The notes under the pieces: generated by a model
What the model saw: only the letters and a program-made list of their open reading frames with translations
What the model was told of the DNA's origin: nothing
Databases searched by the model: none
Position numbers and translations under genes: made by a program
NCBI GenBank assembly: GCA_000934665.2
Contig: KZ538295.1
Coordinates: 186,001 to 250,000 of the forward strand
DNA from: Catajapyx aquilonaris
Taxonomy: Eukaryota
DNA length: 64,000 bases
Reading direction: 5' to 3'
Shown here: positions 52,201 through 64,000 of the stretch, one piece after another
Layout of the letters: the number at the start of each line of letters is the position of its first letter
Position numbering within the stretch: the first letter of the stretch is position 1

Positions 52201-53246
52201 TACACATGACCTCTGACAAGTGCACTTACAAGTCTTAGATAAGCGTCGGTGTGATTTGAAGGTGTGACAATTGGGAAGAAGTGTGGGGGGGATATCTCAA
52301 AGTCATCTCACGATTGACGCCACACTTCTAACATTTCATTCCGCTCTATCTAATCGGTATATTCGATAAGATGTGAAAGGGGTTACTGAATTTTTCTAAT
52401 CCTGGCACACCAAGCGAGCAATTACTTCACTCCTTAGTCTGGCTGAAGTGGCAGACATGGCTTCAAGCCAAACCCTCATATTTTTCTCCCAGTTTTTATT
52501 CCTCAATATCGTGTCAGCCGCCAATCGGAACTGCTAAAAATAAAACCTCTTTGCTCTCAATTCACAGCATTAATTGATCTCTTGACATGACCGCTACCAG
52601 TATTGAAACTAGCAGGAAAATACATCCATTACCTTACCGCTGCAAATTGTGCAATCAGTTACATAACACCCCTTTTTTATGTGTCAGGTGCTGTATAATA
52701 CATGACGTGCAGCTTCGATCATACTACGAATCATACGGGAATACATGCATAAATGATTACAAAATACCATTGTTGCGACGTTTGGCGTACTTGCAAGGAT
52801 ATTTGTAGTAGCGGTACACATGTTTGCAGCAGGTAAACACAGAACATGCCATACCTTTTATCGCAATCATTGATAACCCATATCTGTAACCTTCAGTAAT
52901 TGCTGCTGATATTTTAATTTACATTTTCTTGTAGCGTTACCACGTCGGTGCAGTAAGGCATGTCGTGCTCTGTAATTACATGTGACTATGTACAATGTGA
53001 ATCTAATTAACACAAGTTGCAGCTTCATATGACACACTATTGTTGTCCTGATTGTTGCAAATGTACTTTTCCTCTCAACTTGATGCAAAAAGTCCGCCCA
53101 AATTTTCGCACAAAAACGTGAGTGGTGGCCACGTGGGGGTGCACGTGGCCTACCGTATTTAACAATTCTGGATACCGTATCACTTCCAAAATACTCACAC
53201 TTCTCCGCAGCAGCCGCAGACTTTCCCTGGCAATCATTCCTGCCAT
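49212..53246 (-). CDS. BCAT: Branched-chain amino acid aminotransferase with probable mitochondrial transit peptide, ~399 aa
   Basis: Exons 53246-53199, 52174-52109, 51992-51786, 51577-51347, 51140-50952, 49851-49737, 49668-49514, 49400-49212 (phases consistent). Motifs [53 protein letters not shown] (PLP Lys), [17 protein letters not shown] and [14 protein letters not shown] (CXXC). Confidence 0.95.
51227..51312. mobile_element. Tiny Tc1/pogo(Tigger)-like MITE in a BCAT intron
   Basis: TA|CAGTAGACTTTGGATA ... TATCCGGAGTCCACTG|TA: imperfect 16-bp TIRs with TA TSD. Confidence 0.6.
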
Positions 53247-53962
53247 GTTGTACACTTTTTTTTGGGGAGGGCTCTTTCCTCTAGTACCACAAACCTATGC
53301 CAGATGTCCGTCCTAGAAATAAGGGCGTGTTTGTATATAGTGGAGGGCCCTACAAGCTGAGAAGAAGAAAATAACCCCGGTCGCTTTGAAAGTGCGCGAT
53401 GTACTGAAAATGCAATTACAAGTCCAGCCCGCGGTTATCAACACGTGACGTTTACACGTACGTGGACTGTGAAGAAAGAAAGAAAGAAAAAAAGAGCAGG
53501 TTATTTGGTTGGATTGAAGCCAAGAGACGTCATCTGAATCCAACCATTCAGAGTAGGTTTGTACGAAGGTGTGGTCAGACCCCCACATGTTCCAACAACG
53601 CATTCGCCAAAAAGAAAAAAAAGAAAAAGAAAAATTCGCAAAAATTGTTTGCACCAGATCGCAGATGTACAGCAATGCCAATTATTGCTGACGCAGTGGT
53701 TAGGCAACTCTTCTTCTCTTTTTTTTTGTAATGATGGAGCTTGATTGGTGAGGTCAACATCTGATATTGCGTAGGTTGTGTATACGTGTATGGAAGCTTT
53801 GGAAACATCGCCTGATGCAGCGAGGAATGTGGGGCACGCCCACTATTTACTTGTTTATTTGTTTATTTATTTTAATTAGAGGTCTGGAGACTATAGTGAC
53901 GTTGGGGGAGGGAAATGGGACATACCGACAAACTTTCCTTTTTTACGTATAAGATGAAGATG

Positions 53963-54048
<86 letters not shown>

Positions 54049-54090
54049 TACTATTATTATTATTATTATTGTTACTGTTATTGTTATTAT
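53963..54090. repeat. (TTA)n microsatellite
   Basis: About 40 near-perfect TTA units upstream of BCAT. Confidence 0.95.
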
Positions 54091-55007
54091 GTAGGGTGAA
54101 CACAATGTGTCCTCTGCATGTCGCACTGCAGGGTTTACAAATAGAGTGTACTAGTTGTGCACGTGCCAAATTGAGGTATGTGACCTTTCCGGATTGTTCT
54201 CGGTGTCGACCTTTATGACGTGTTTAGTACCTGTCGTCATAGAGTAAGGAATGCGTTTCCAGTCATATCCTCAGATGCCAACCAACAGGATGCAATGCAC
54301 TGCACCGGGGGGAATGCGGTTCAGAAAAATTTCTTCGCGATTACTTCACAAGTTAGTGCATGCTGATAAAATCCGGTATGAAGTTCCCACTCGGAAATTA
54401 TGCCATTGTAAATAATTTACAGGGGATTTACCGAGTGGGAAGTAACAATGCAATTGGCGCACAGCTCCGTTTACTTATAGTTTTTCCGGCTAACTATTAG
54501 TTGCATGGGGGGAAGTACCGCAGAACCAGTTATACTGCTGACAGTGAGATCTTGAATTCCAGGAATGTTGAACTAGACTGAATCTGGACATTACTGGTTA
54601 TTGCATCTAAGGTCAGAACCTGTATTTAAGTGATATAATAATGAGTCCTGTAAAATTCAGTATTACTTCCTAGAAAATTGCGGGTGATTATATATTTCTA
54701 GAATTTCCAGAGCCGCTTCCTTCCTTCTTTATCCTTATCACCCAATGTGTCATGCGGATGATGAATTGAGATTGCATCAAAGTGACAGCACGTGGCAAAA
54801 AACACACGTGATTGTCCTCCACAAATGGTACGAGTAGACATTATGCAAGAAAATGATTGTAAAATGTACGCTTGTCTAAAATAAGAAATAAAATAATATG
54901 GAAATGCAAGCAGCTTTTTGGCTTTCATTTCTGTACAGTTTATTCGATGATAATACACTCAATAATAAATATCATGAAATGTTAGGTGCATTAGTGGTTG
55001 CTTAGAC

Positions 55008-56120
55008 CTGCGGCGTAGCCAGGAAATTTGTGTGTGTGTGTGTGGGGGGGGAGGGTCATGTGAGGGAAGACGGAAGAGCGAAGAGGCCCGCCGCATGCGA
55101 ATTTTTTTTTTGCTGTTCAAGCTCACACAAGCTTAGGTGAATGTAACTGACCAGTTACTTATTTATTTTTAATTGGTTTGCGGCATGCTGCTTGGTTCCT
55201 TTCGTCAACATGCTCAAAATTTAGACATCCAAAATCATCCAAAACATTACATCCATATCAAGTTTATTGACATCTTCCAGTTATTTAAATGAAAATGCAA
55301 GATATTTCATGCAAGATGAAAATGCAAGATAATTAAAATTGGCAACTGACCCAACAGACTCTTTGGGAATTTGCTGAAATATACAGGCTACAAAGAGCGC
55401 AATGTATAAATACCAGAAAAATGTGTGCATGGGATAACAATTATAGTACAAGTTGTAGTCAAACTCCATATTCGACATTAGCCTACATTACATGGGAAAA
55501 AGAAAAGGGTCACGATGAGAAATAATTTTAAAACTCATGAACGCACTTTTACTGCGGTGGAATCTGATTCTAACAAAAAAAAAGGTGACACAAGCAGTAG
55601 TGATATAGGCTAGATTAGTTTTACCATTTTTGTACTGACAAGTTGGCATAGCCTACATCACAAAAAATGACATATTTTATGATTGTGAGAGCTTTGATCT
55701 CATCATTTTATGTGTTAAATAAATATTTGAAACATAATCTATGCAGATTTTTTGTTAAAAAACTGGGTCTTTGTAAAAAAAAAACTCGAAAAACCCAAAT
55801 TTTCCTAGGCAAAAAACGAAAAATCAGTTTTTCCCTGGCCTTTACAACACTAATAGCCCTAACCGTGACAGTTTGGCCAAATCCGGGACAAATGGGCCTC
55901 CCGAATGACCCTAGAAAAAATCAGGGACAAAGGATGAAAATTCGGGACTGCCCCGGAAAATTCGGGATGTCTGGTCACCTTACAGTTATTTTCCATTTGG
56001 AATAAATTAGTTACATATTCACCACTTACTATATTTGCGCATGTGCGTTTTTATACCTTAAAATAGCGGATTTGAACTGTATATGTTTGAGGTTTGAGGG
56101 ACCCCCTCCCTACGCTACTG
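55008..56120. mobile_element. Non-autonomous hAT-like DNA transposon with 8-bp TSD
   Basis: GCTTAGAC at 55000-55007 and 56121-56128 flanks the termini CTGCGGCGTAG and CTACGCTACTG (imperfect TIR); G/C-rich subterminal runs; no transposase ORF. Confidence 0.75.
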
Positions 56121-59100
56121 GCTTAGACTATGTCCCCATGTAAAATGCACTTTACCGCTGACGATAGCGATAGCGTGTAATTGATAAATCCGTTTAGTTA
56201 ATTGCGGAATTACGAAAGTCCGTTGCATGATAATAATATAATCAATGTAAGTTATACAACCTTTACATGATAAGATCCTTTCCGTTGCAGTTATTTGTTA
56301 AAATCATGTAAGTGGAATTTTTTTTCTGACACAGGGTAATTTGGATTTAAGAATAACATACTGTATTTCCGCAGTAGATAAGTTTTCGCTATATTCAAAG
56401 TCTACTATGTGTAGGTTTCACTGTATATATACTAGGCCCTACTGTACTGTACCCTTGCAAGGTGATGCAATAATTCTGATTGTCTGCCCGGCTTGCGTGG
56501 AGGGTTACATGCCTGCCAGGATATTACAGGACTACTTAACAGTATAGCCTGCATTACGTAGTTTGCAACTCCGGATTTAATGTTCAAATACTGCAGAAAG
56601 TGATTAGACCATGTGAGTTTGCTTTCTAGTTTGAGGTCATGAACATATATGTAGCCTATATGCTTTTTATTCCATATGCAGTTAGCAGTGTGTCAAAACA
56701 TGGTTGCAAATCCAGTCCTTCCAGCACGTAGGTCTACCATGCTAAGTATAGGCCTACTATTAGAAAATAGTGGGTATGGCCCAAGTAATTATACGTTTTA
56801 GATAGTTCTTACCAGGTTACCCAGCCCTTTCCCCGGGAGCCCAAAGAAGGGTAAATAGAAGCCAATATATCAGCTTGAGGCAAATTCCAGGGGCACTGGC
56901 CGCTAACAATCCGAAATAACCTCTTAACGGGGATCACCGAAAGGGATCAGTCATAAAATCGGGGGTGAACTTGTTGTTGGAGACAATAAGAGCTATCTTT
57001 TGATGTCCCCTTTCCGGATTCCTCCAGTTGCTTTTCACGGCTATACATATGGGTATGTCCCCGGGAAATGGGTCAGAGGAAATAAAACAATATTGCCACG
57101 GCAGAAACCAGTGTCCGATTTCTGTTGCGATTGCGATCACTAATAAGTACTTACTCTTGTTAGTGATTACTATTATTATCAGAGGTATTGGCTACTTGGA
57201 TTAGGTTGTGTGAAGTCTTCCTTTATAAAGGCTGCAAATGGTCTGTCCTGCTAAAACGGACTTTTACCATTCACGTTTGATGCCAATCGTTCCAATGCAA
57301 TGGCCCATTTAGCAAATGGTATTGCAATTCAGAACTTCGATGTACTGGTATGGTTAAGTCAGGTCCAATATTAGCATCTAATACATTTTATAACCACTGA
57401 AATAAGCCAATTAAAAGTAACTACTTCATAGTAAGCAGGACAGCGCTAAAATGCTAAAATCGTAAGAGCAATTTGGGCAAGTATTTTGGATCACCATGTA
57501 TGATATGGATTTTCTATATAAATAACTAATTACATATAACACAATCAGATGGAAGTAAAAATGTAACGAGTTTTACACACCTAACAAATGATTGCGTGCT
57601 CATAAAATAACTGATATACCTGTATTAACTGCTAAAAACATGCTATTGTGTAATATCAGATCAAGTTTGTCATGTCGCAGAAGCATCCAGCCAAGAACGT
57701 GCTGTAGGTCTGGAAATGACAAGGCACCGGCATCGTCATGGGCGAGGTAGTCAATTCATGACAAAGGTACATTTCCTCGCAGAAATTTTGCTTATCTGTT
57801 GCCCCATTGTTTTGTTATGTAATGCTGAAATCCCCCTGTCATTCACCCAAGGACCGGTAGGCATAACTCAGAGAACAGCAGCATATTTGGACGTCTAGGA
57901 GAATTGAAAAAGTTCTTGAATGATGGGCCTTTTCAGGGAGCATAAAAACCGCTTAATTTTAAAGAGATTTAAATGATTAACAGTAAATGATTATGACATA
58001 ATCTACGTAATACTTTGAGGCCTGCAACGGACTTTCTGTTATTTCAGACTCGAAAGGTCGGTCCCTACAAACTTCCTAAGGCCACGTGTAATTTTATTCC
58101 TGCTATAAGAGACTCATATTTACCTAACGTCGAGTATAACATACCATTTCTTGACCCATTGACGTGAAAAAATGCATTTTCTGGTATGTAATTGGCAAAA
58201 AAAGAGACGGTAGAAGATTTTTTTTGGTTCTTCATAATTTTCGGGTGGGCTAATTTTTTTATTTTTATGGATTTTATTAATCAGTATGTAGCTGTGCATT
58301 ACAGACACATGGAAAGCAGCATGGAAGCAGTGTATTCGTTGCAAAAGTGACGATTTGGCCATAACAGACTTTTTCTGCTATCCCTTGATGTCTGTTACCG
58401 GATTCAACTGTATTTTATTATCACATAATTTATTATGTTACGGTACATTAGTGTGTTACACATCAATGCGTTTTAGCTATTACGTGACCAAATTAGTTTC
58501 GCTTCCAAATTTTTTTCTTTTAAGAGCCCAGTAGTTCACCAGCCCTCGACTTTCACCATGATTTTACAACCAAATTGTTTTACACCTTCTGAAGGTGCAG
58601 TATAACAGCAACCAATCCACCGTTTGACTTTTATACGACCTACCCTAAATTCCTACCCATCCATAGCAAGCAGCGTCTGTCTGCTGCCCTCCCTCCTCAT
58701 CACACTTAGTCCAGCTCCATCCACATTCTGACCAACAGCCCCATGTTATAGGCCCATATTAAATTTATGAACATAAAGCTGGCACTGCACCTGAGTTGTG
58801 TAGAACCGAGCTCTCCCCAACAATGGCCGTGTCCTGAGGCGGGTCCACCTTGGAAGAGGTGCGGGGGTCCCTCTCCATCCCCTTGTCCATCAGGGGAGAT
58901 CTACCCCCTCCTCTCCCCACACATTTCCCCCCCNCTCTACGTTTGCAAGGCCCGTTCTGTTTGCCGGATTTGTGTGTCGTCCCGTAGTAAAACGAGTTCT
59001 CATTGTGTCCTGCGCTTTCTATAGAGGACCCCCGGTTTCCTCAAAAGAACCATTGTTTGGTCGGCGCATTGTGGAGGCATTTATTGTATTAGCCAGGAGC

Positions 59101-61635
59101 TGGTTTTTACCGTGCTCGCAGCTTTTGTTCGCAAATGCTTTTACATCAGTATTTCTCCCAAGTTCGGGGGGGACGGGACTCCATTCCAGTGAGGAAGCTG
59201 GGCCTGGTGTGGAGGTCACCTCCTCAGGTCGCCCACCTTTTTATAGTGGGAGGGAAGCTCTGTCCCACACAGAGGTGACCACTAGGTCAAGTGCACTGGG
59301 TGGTAGTGACATGTGAACGTGTTTTTTTTTTTGGAAGAGTGTGTGGGACATCCCTAGCATACGGTGTGAGGGAGAGAGAGAGAGAGAAAAAATAGAAGTG
59401 AATAGTGTGGACCACGTGGGATTTCGATTGAGGGAACACCAAGCGGTGGGATTGGGAACACTGGAAATTTTGCGGGAGACCACGTGTTGTGGAGAGACTG
59501 CTGCTGTGAGGACTAGTGGGAATGTAAGTGCTGGTAAATATCGCACGTGTAGTTTGTTAGTGTGGCATTTAAAGTACTGCCCAGTGTCAAGGCAAGCACA
59601 AACGAGACCAAAATATTCTTACATCATTTTTGGCTGCGGAAATTAAAGATTCGATTTTGTGAGAATTGGACTCATATAGGGAATGTCCTGCAGGATATAT
59701 CACCCAGTGGGTTCGCAACTGTATTATTATGCGTCCGGAATGATTCTTGGTCCAAACTTTGAAGTGTAATAATTCCGTGCTGCCGTCATAAATCCTTATG
59801 CAGGGTGATCAAAAAGTCCGACTAATATGGGCATTTGATGGCACTAAGCTGCTTATTATTTTGTAGCAGTTTACTTTTACATGACTGCTTTTAATGGTTA
59901 TAAAAAGTATTCGTTGCTAATATTTAGGTTTCGTGTACGAGTAGATTATATATGTTTGGCCTAATATTAGCAGCTATTAGTGATACTAATTATTAAAAGT
60001 AACTGTGCAAAAGGGACAGCTACAAAATGAGCAGCTTAGTGCCAACAAAATAATGGTCACATTTGATGGGTCTGAGATTTTTTTAAAACAACAAAGTGAA
60101 CTTGGAAAAACTGGTCGTAAAATTAGCAAACACCGATGGCTTTCGAACTAATTTTGACCAAACATTGTCCCTAAGTTCGAAAACGTTTTCGGTGTTTTCA
60201 CCTGAGTGAGGACATGGGCACCTTGCCTTTCCAAATCAGCAAATATCCTGATGGCTTCTGCTAGGAATTGGTGCTTCTTGTTGGGTTATTGAAAAACATC
60301 ACCTGTTGGTTACAATCACATGCAATGGATCATTACGGGACATCTTCCAACAGAGTGGTTAGATTATTTACGCCAACAGATTAAAACAAGAGCAACAATC
60401 AAGCCACATTCACTTGCTTCTATATGGGAGACAGTTAGAAACACACGAAAGCGGTTTCTTTTGTGTAGACAGGTACATTGTTGGCTCACATTCTGCTATG
60501 TGTACGGTAGTCCGACGTCCGGAATGCACAAATGGCTAATGAATTGTCTGATTTTTTTGCTATATCCTGATGCCGGCGTGTTGTATCGTACTGTACAGTA
60601 CTCACTGAGGATAGACGGCCTTGTGTTTCAGTGTTGACAATGAGCAATGCGTTTAATTAACATCATCAAATATTAATCCTATCTTCACTGGTACGGCTGC
60701 ATGACCACAATAGTACTTCAAACTTAAAAGAATCTCAATCGAGTTGGCAGCACTGATGATCGTTTTTCCACCGTTCCGCAATTTCATGAGAGAAGCCAAG
60801 ACTTTTACACACAGAAAAATTATAGTCAACGTACCCCGCCACTAGAATACGCTCTATCGCACAATAGCCTTCCCGCCCCCTTTTCCCTAAAAAAAATCAA
60901 ATTACATCTATATGCCAGACTGAAATAATGACAAGCCTTACCACATAAAGACATGCGTGAGTCAATATGGCACTGGCTGGCTGAGTAGGTAGGTGCCCAT
61001 TTGAATGGTGCCGCTAAACGTCCAACCAGCTCACTTGTACAGAGCATGAGAGGAAAAGGGTGGGGGGTTGGATAGTGGTGATGGTGGGGTGCGAACAAAA
61101 AGGAAGGTCCGTGTATGTATGGGGAGAAAAAAAAAAGGCCAGGCCTTAATTCATAAGCACTCGGGGGGTGATCAGGTGACCAGTTTGTCAGTGTCGCAGC
61201 TGCTGGAAGGATCCCTCATAAGCATATCAGAAGAAGGAAGCTGCGTAGGAAGGTGTGTGGTGGTGGACTGGTGGTGGAAAGGAAGGAGGGTCCTTCCATC
61301 CATCCATCCATCCCCAGAAGTGGAGGAACCAGTGACACAAGTGGTGGCAATTGAGATGGGGACTCTGATGGAGGAGGAGGAGGACACGTCTTCTCCTTCC
61401 TCAAGGTGGATCATGCTTGGGAAGCATGTGAAGTGATTGGAAAACTCTGGAGGTGGCTGGTGGGAAACGCTGGATTGTTATTGGTGCGATGTTGCGTGGG
61501 AGGAACAGACCATAGAGGGGAAAAAAGGTAGGGTCTGTTTAGCAAAGAGTTTAAACCCTCGATGTGCTGAGGAGCAATTTGCCAGTTCACGTTTGGAATG
61601 AAAAATAACATGAGGCTTGATTTATGGTGTGAATG

Positions 61636-61769
61636 GTACTATGGGGCTCAAATTGTTTTGGTCTTGAAGCAACGCTTCACACAGACACACTTGCTCACCA
61701 TGGGGCCTGTGAAAAGGGTTGCTTCAAGACCAGGATAAAGTGGCCAAAACAATTTGAGCCCCATAGTAC
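61636..61769. mobile_element. Small MITE with 26-bp perfect terminal inverted repeat and inner inverted repeat
   Basis: GTACTATGGGGCTCAAATTGTTTTGG pairs with CCAAAACAATTTGAGCCCCATAGTAC; inner GGTCTTGAAGCAAC pairs with GTTGCTTCAAGACC; TA near both ends. Confidence 0.7.
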
Positions 61770-64000
61770 ATATTATCACGTTTTTCAATGTCTAAGTGTT
61801 GAATAGTGTTACTATCAGATGGGGATGAACATTATTATCTGCTTATATCAATTTACACCTGATAATCTTGGCACAGTTTAAAGATAACATGAGCCAGTCG
61901 CCACTGTATAAATGATTGCAATTCCGCCAAATAAGAGTAACAAATGAGAATGACAGAGGAACAGTGCAGAATAGAAAGTGCTGATAAATGATGGAGGAGG
62001 TATCATAGGTTAAAATATTAGCTTAATTATTATATTGTGGCCAAGTAATTGTGGAGTCGTATGAGACTTAGAAGCCTGGAGCATATACTTGATCTATTCA
62101 TCTACGAAACTAGTCCTACACGGAAAAGGCATTGTGGCATAGTTCTACAGTATACTTGCGTAATGTTGCACCATGAAAGTGAATTACCACACCAAGAAGT
62201 TAACCTCTGCACTTTAATTAGTAAAGAAAATGAGGCTAACTGCTGGCACAGTTTCACACATCATCCGATATGAAATTATCGACATTAATCATTGCTCTTG
62301 CGCCAGCATTGTCAAAATTGATATATTCCAATTGGTTTGATCGTTTGATATGATTAAGGATTAAAGGACATAACAAAGTAATATAAGTACACATATCAAG
62401 CAGAGAGGAAAAAACGCGTACAGCGACAGATAATGTAGGCTATATAAAATAATGTTAATTTTCAACACTTGTACGAGGGAAGGATATGGTAATATGGTAA
62501 AAGAAATATTAAAGTAAATAAATAAATTGAGCCAATTTCTACACAAATGTCGTGACATTTGTGTAGAAATTGTAGAAATCTGCATTGTTACATGTAACAA
62601 TGCACATTTGACTCCGTAAAACCACGTTTAGCTTCTTGATATTATTATTATTTATATTTTATATTTATTCTGTACCGTCGTTACAACTGGCATTGAAAGA
62701 GCAGTAGTTACAACCTCGCGTAATGAATTCGTCACGCTCCGTTATCCCGAGTCAAAAGGGTGGGGGTATGATGACACCCGACAATTTGTTAACGTGTAAA
62801 TTTTTCGGCACCCGGTAATACCATTTGTTTCGGTCTCGCACGAGAATCCTGACCCCCGAAGTCAAGAAGAATGTGCGGGAGGCAGCTGTGACCAATCGCT
62901 CTTTGGGTTGCACACCTTTTCTTCTTTCCTCCTTCTCTCTCTCCTCTCTTCNCCCCCCCTCTCTTCTAAGAGGTAATCCTTCCTGTTTTTCGGTGGGTCC
63001 AACATTTTCTTTTCTTCCGCCTTCCCGCCGCATCTCATTTCCTCTCCTGCATCCCTGTCTCCGGGTTGCTTTTCCCACAGGACCACAATAGGAAATTCCC
63101 CCCACCCCTCCCTCCTTCAGACCTCCCTATCTTTTCTTCTCCCAGAATTTCCAGACCAGTTGGGGGCTGCACAATGTTACCAACCTTCTGATCCCATTAG
63201 ACTCACCCTGTGCATCGCAATCCGGACACATACAGAGGCTTTAAAAAAAATTATAGGTGGGTTGCATACCCCTTGATTGCGGTCAATGGGGCGCGATAAA
63301 AATATGCAGCCTGGTTTGGGGGATCAAGAAGATAAATCGGTGTCCTGGGTGACAATGCTAATGTGACACTTGTGAAAATTGATTGAAACACTAGAGGGGA
63401 GGATATGTTCCCACACGTATGTGCACATATTCCCCGTTGGCAAGATTGGTCCTATAGGGAGGGGGGCTTAAGTTGGGGACAAAAGGACAAAAGCATGTAT
63501 TCTTCCGAAGGGAACCATTGACAACCTGAAGATGCAAGACGAGATTACGTTGGCGACTATACTTTAAACATATGCGGCTCTTGGAACCATTAGGGGACAA
63601 TACGACCTACAAAAAAATGTGCGCAAGTTTTCAGGACATAGTGATTGATGCTGGGATTTTTTTGAACGGCTTTGGCTATTTCGAGAGACCATTTCCTGCC
63701 AACCATTGGACCCAACCCCCTGCCCTGTTGGCGTGATTTCCTCATTTTGGTGTAATGTGGGGGAGACTTTGCGTGTTTGGATGGACAGGACAACCGGGGA
63801 AACAATGGGTCGAGTTTATTGTTCAGACCTTTTTTTATATACGGTATATTTGTTTCGAGCAGGGGGCATTGTTGGCGAATGACGTCGGGGGGATGTCCTG
63901 CGGATATTTAGGGGCACGGAGTGACACCAAGTATTCCGAATATGTAGCAACTTGGATTTTACTGGTTTGTTGTGGAATTTTATATATAAAAAAGATACAA

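Noticed and set aside
53872..54169. Poly-Ile and poly-Asn ORFs
   Set aside because: Translations of the (TTA)n microsatellite
59838..60045. ~30-bp inverted repeat with ~150-bp spacer
   Set aside because: Probably a decayed MITE; ends and TSD could not be defined
58767..63105. Short GC-richer ORFs (e.g. 58972-59316, 61068-61436, 62752-63105) and a minus-strand TATAAAA near 59240
   Set aside because: No domain similarity or consistent splice chain; may be regulatory or UTR sequence of a gene outside the window

Overview
Eukaryotic (animal, probably protostome/arthropod-like invertebrate) genomic DNA with many very short GT-AG introns of 53-120 nt. Seven spliced protein-coding genes could be rebuilt exon by exon with consistent reading-frame phases: ZNF143/ZNF76 (Staf)-like zinc-finger factor (+, 10813-12453), Pol III subunit RPC6/POLR3F (-, 13774-15224), an intron-containing Mutator (MULE)/SWIM transposase-derived gene (+, 15392-18449), Pol III subunit RPC3/POLR3C (-, 18533-20414), AP-2 alpha-adaptin (+, 24937-31170), a small TNF-receptor-superfamily protein (-, 33739-41580) and a mitochondrial-type branched-chain aminotransferase (-, 49212-53246). 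The most notable feature is a tightly packed 10-kb block holding three Pol III-related genes (the Staf activator and two subunits of the RPC3/6/7 initiation heterotrimer), with a probably domesticated MULE gene wedged between the two subunits. That gene shares a 167-bp divergent promoter with POLR3F and an 83-bp terminator gap with POLR3C. Also seen: Staf-binding-site-like motifs in the Staf gene's own 5' end, a candidate Arg-rich cassette exon in the alpha-adaptin hinge, a tRNA-derived SINE with TSD, several MITEs, a hAT remnant, satellites and a 540-nt poly(T) run. All calls come from reading the sequence only; no database searches were run.
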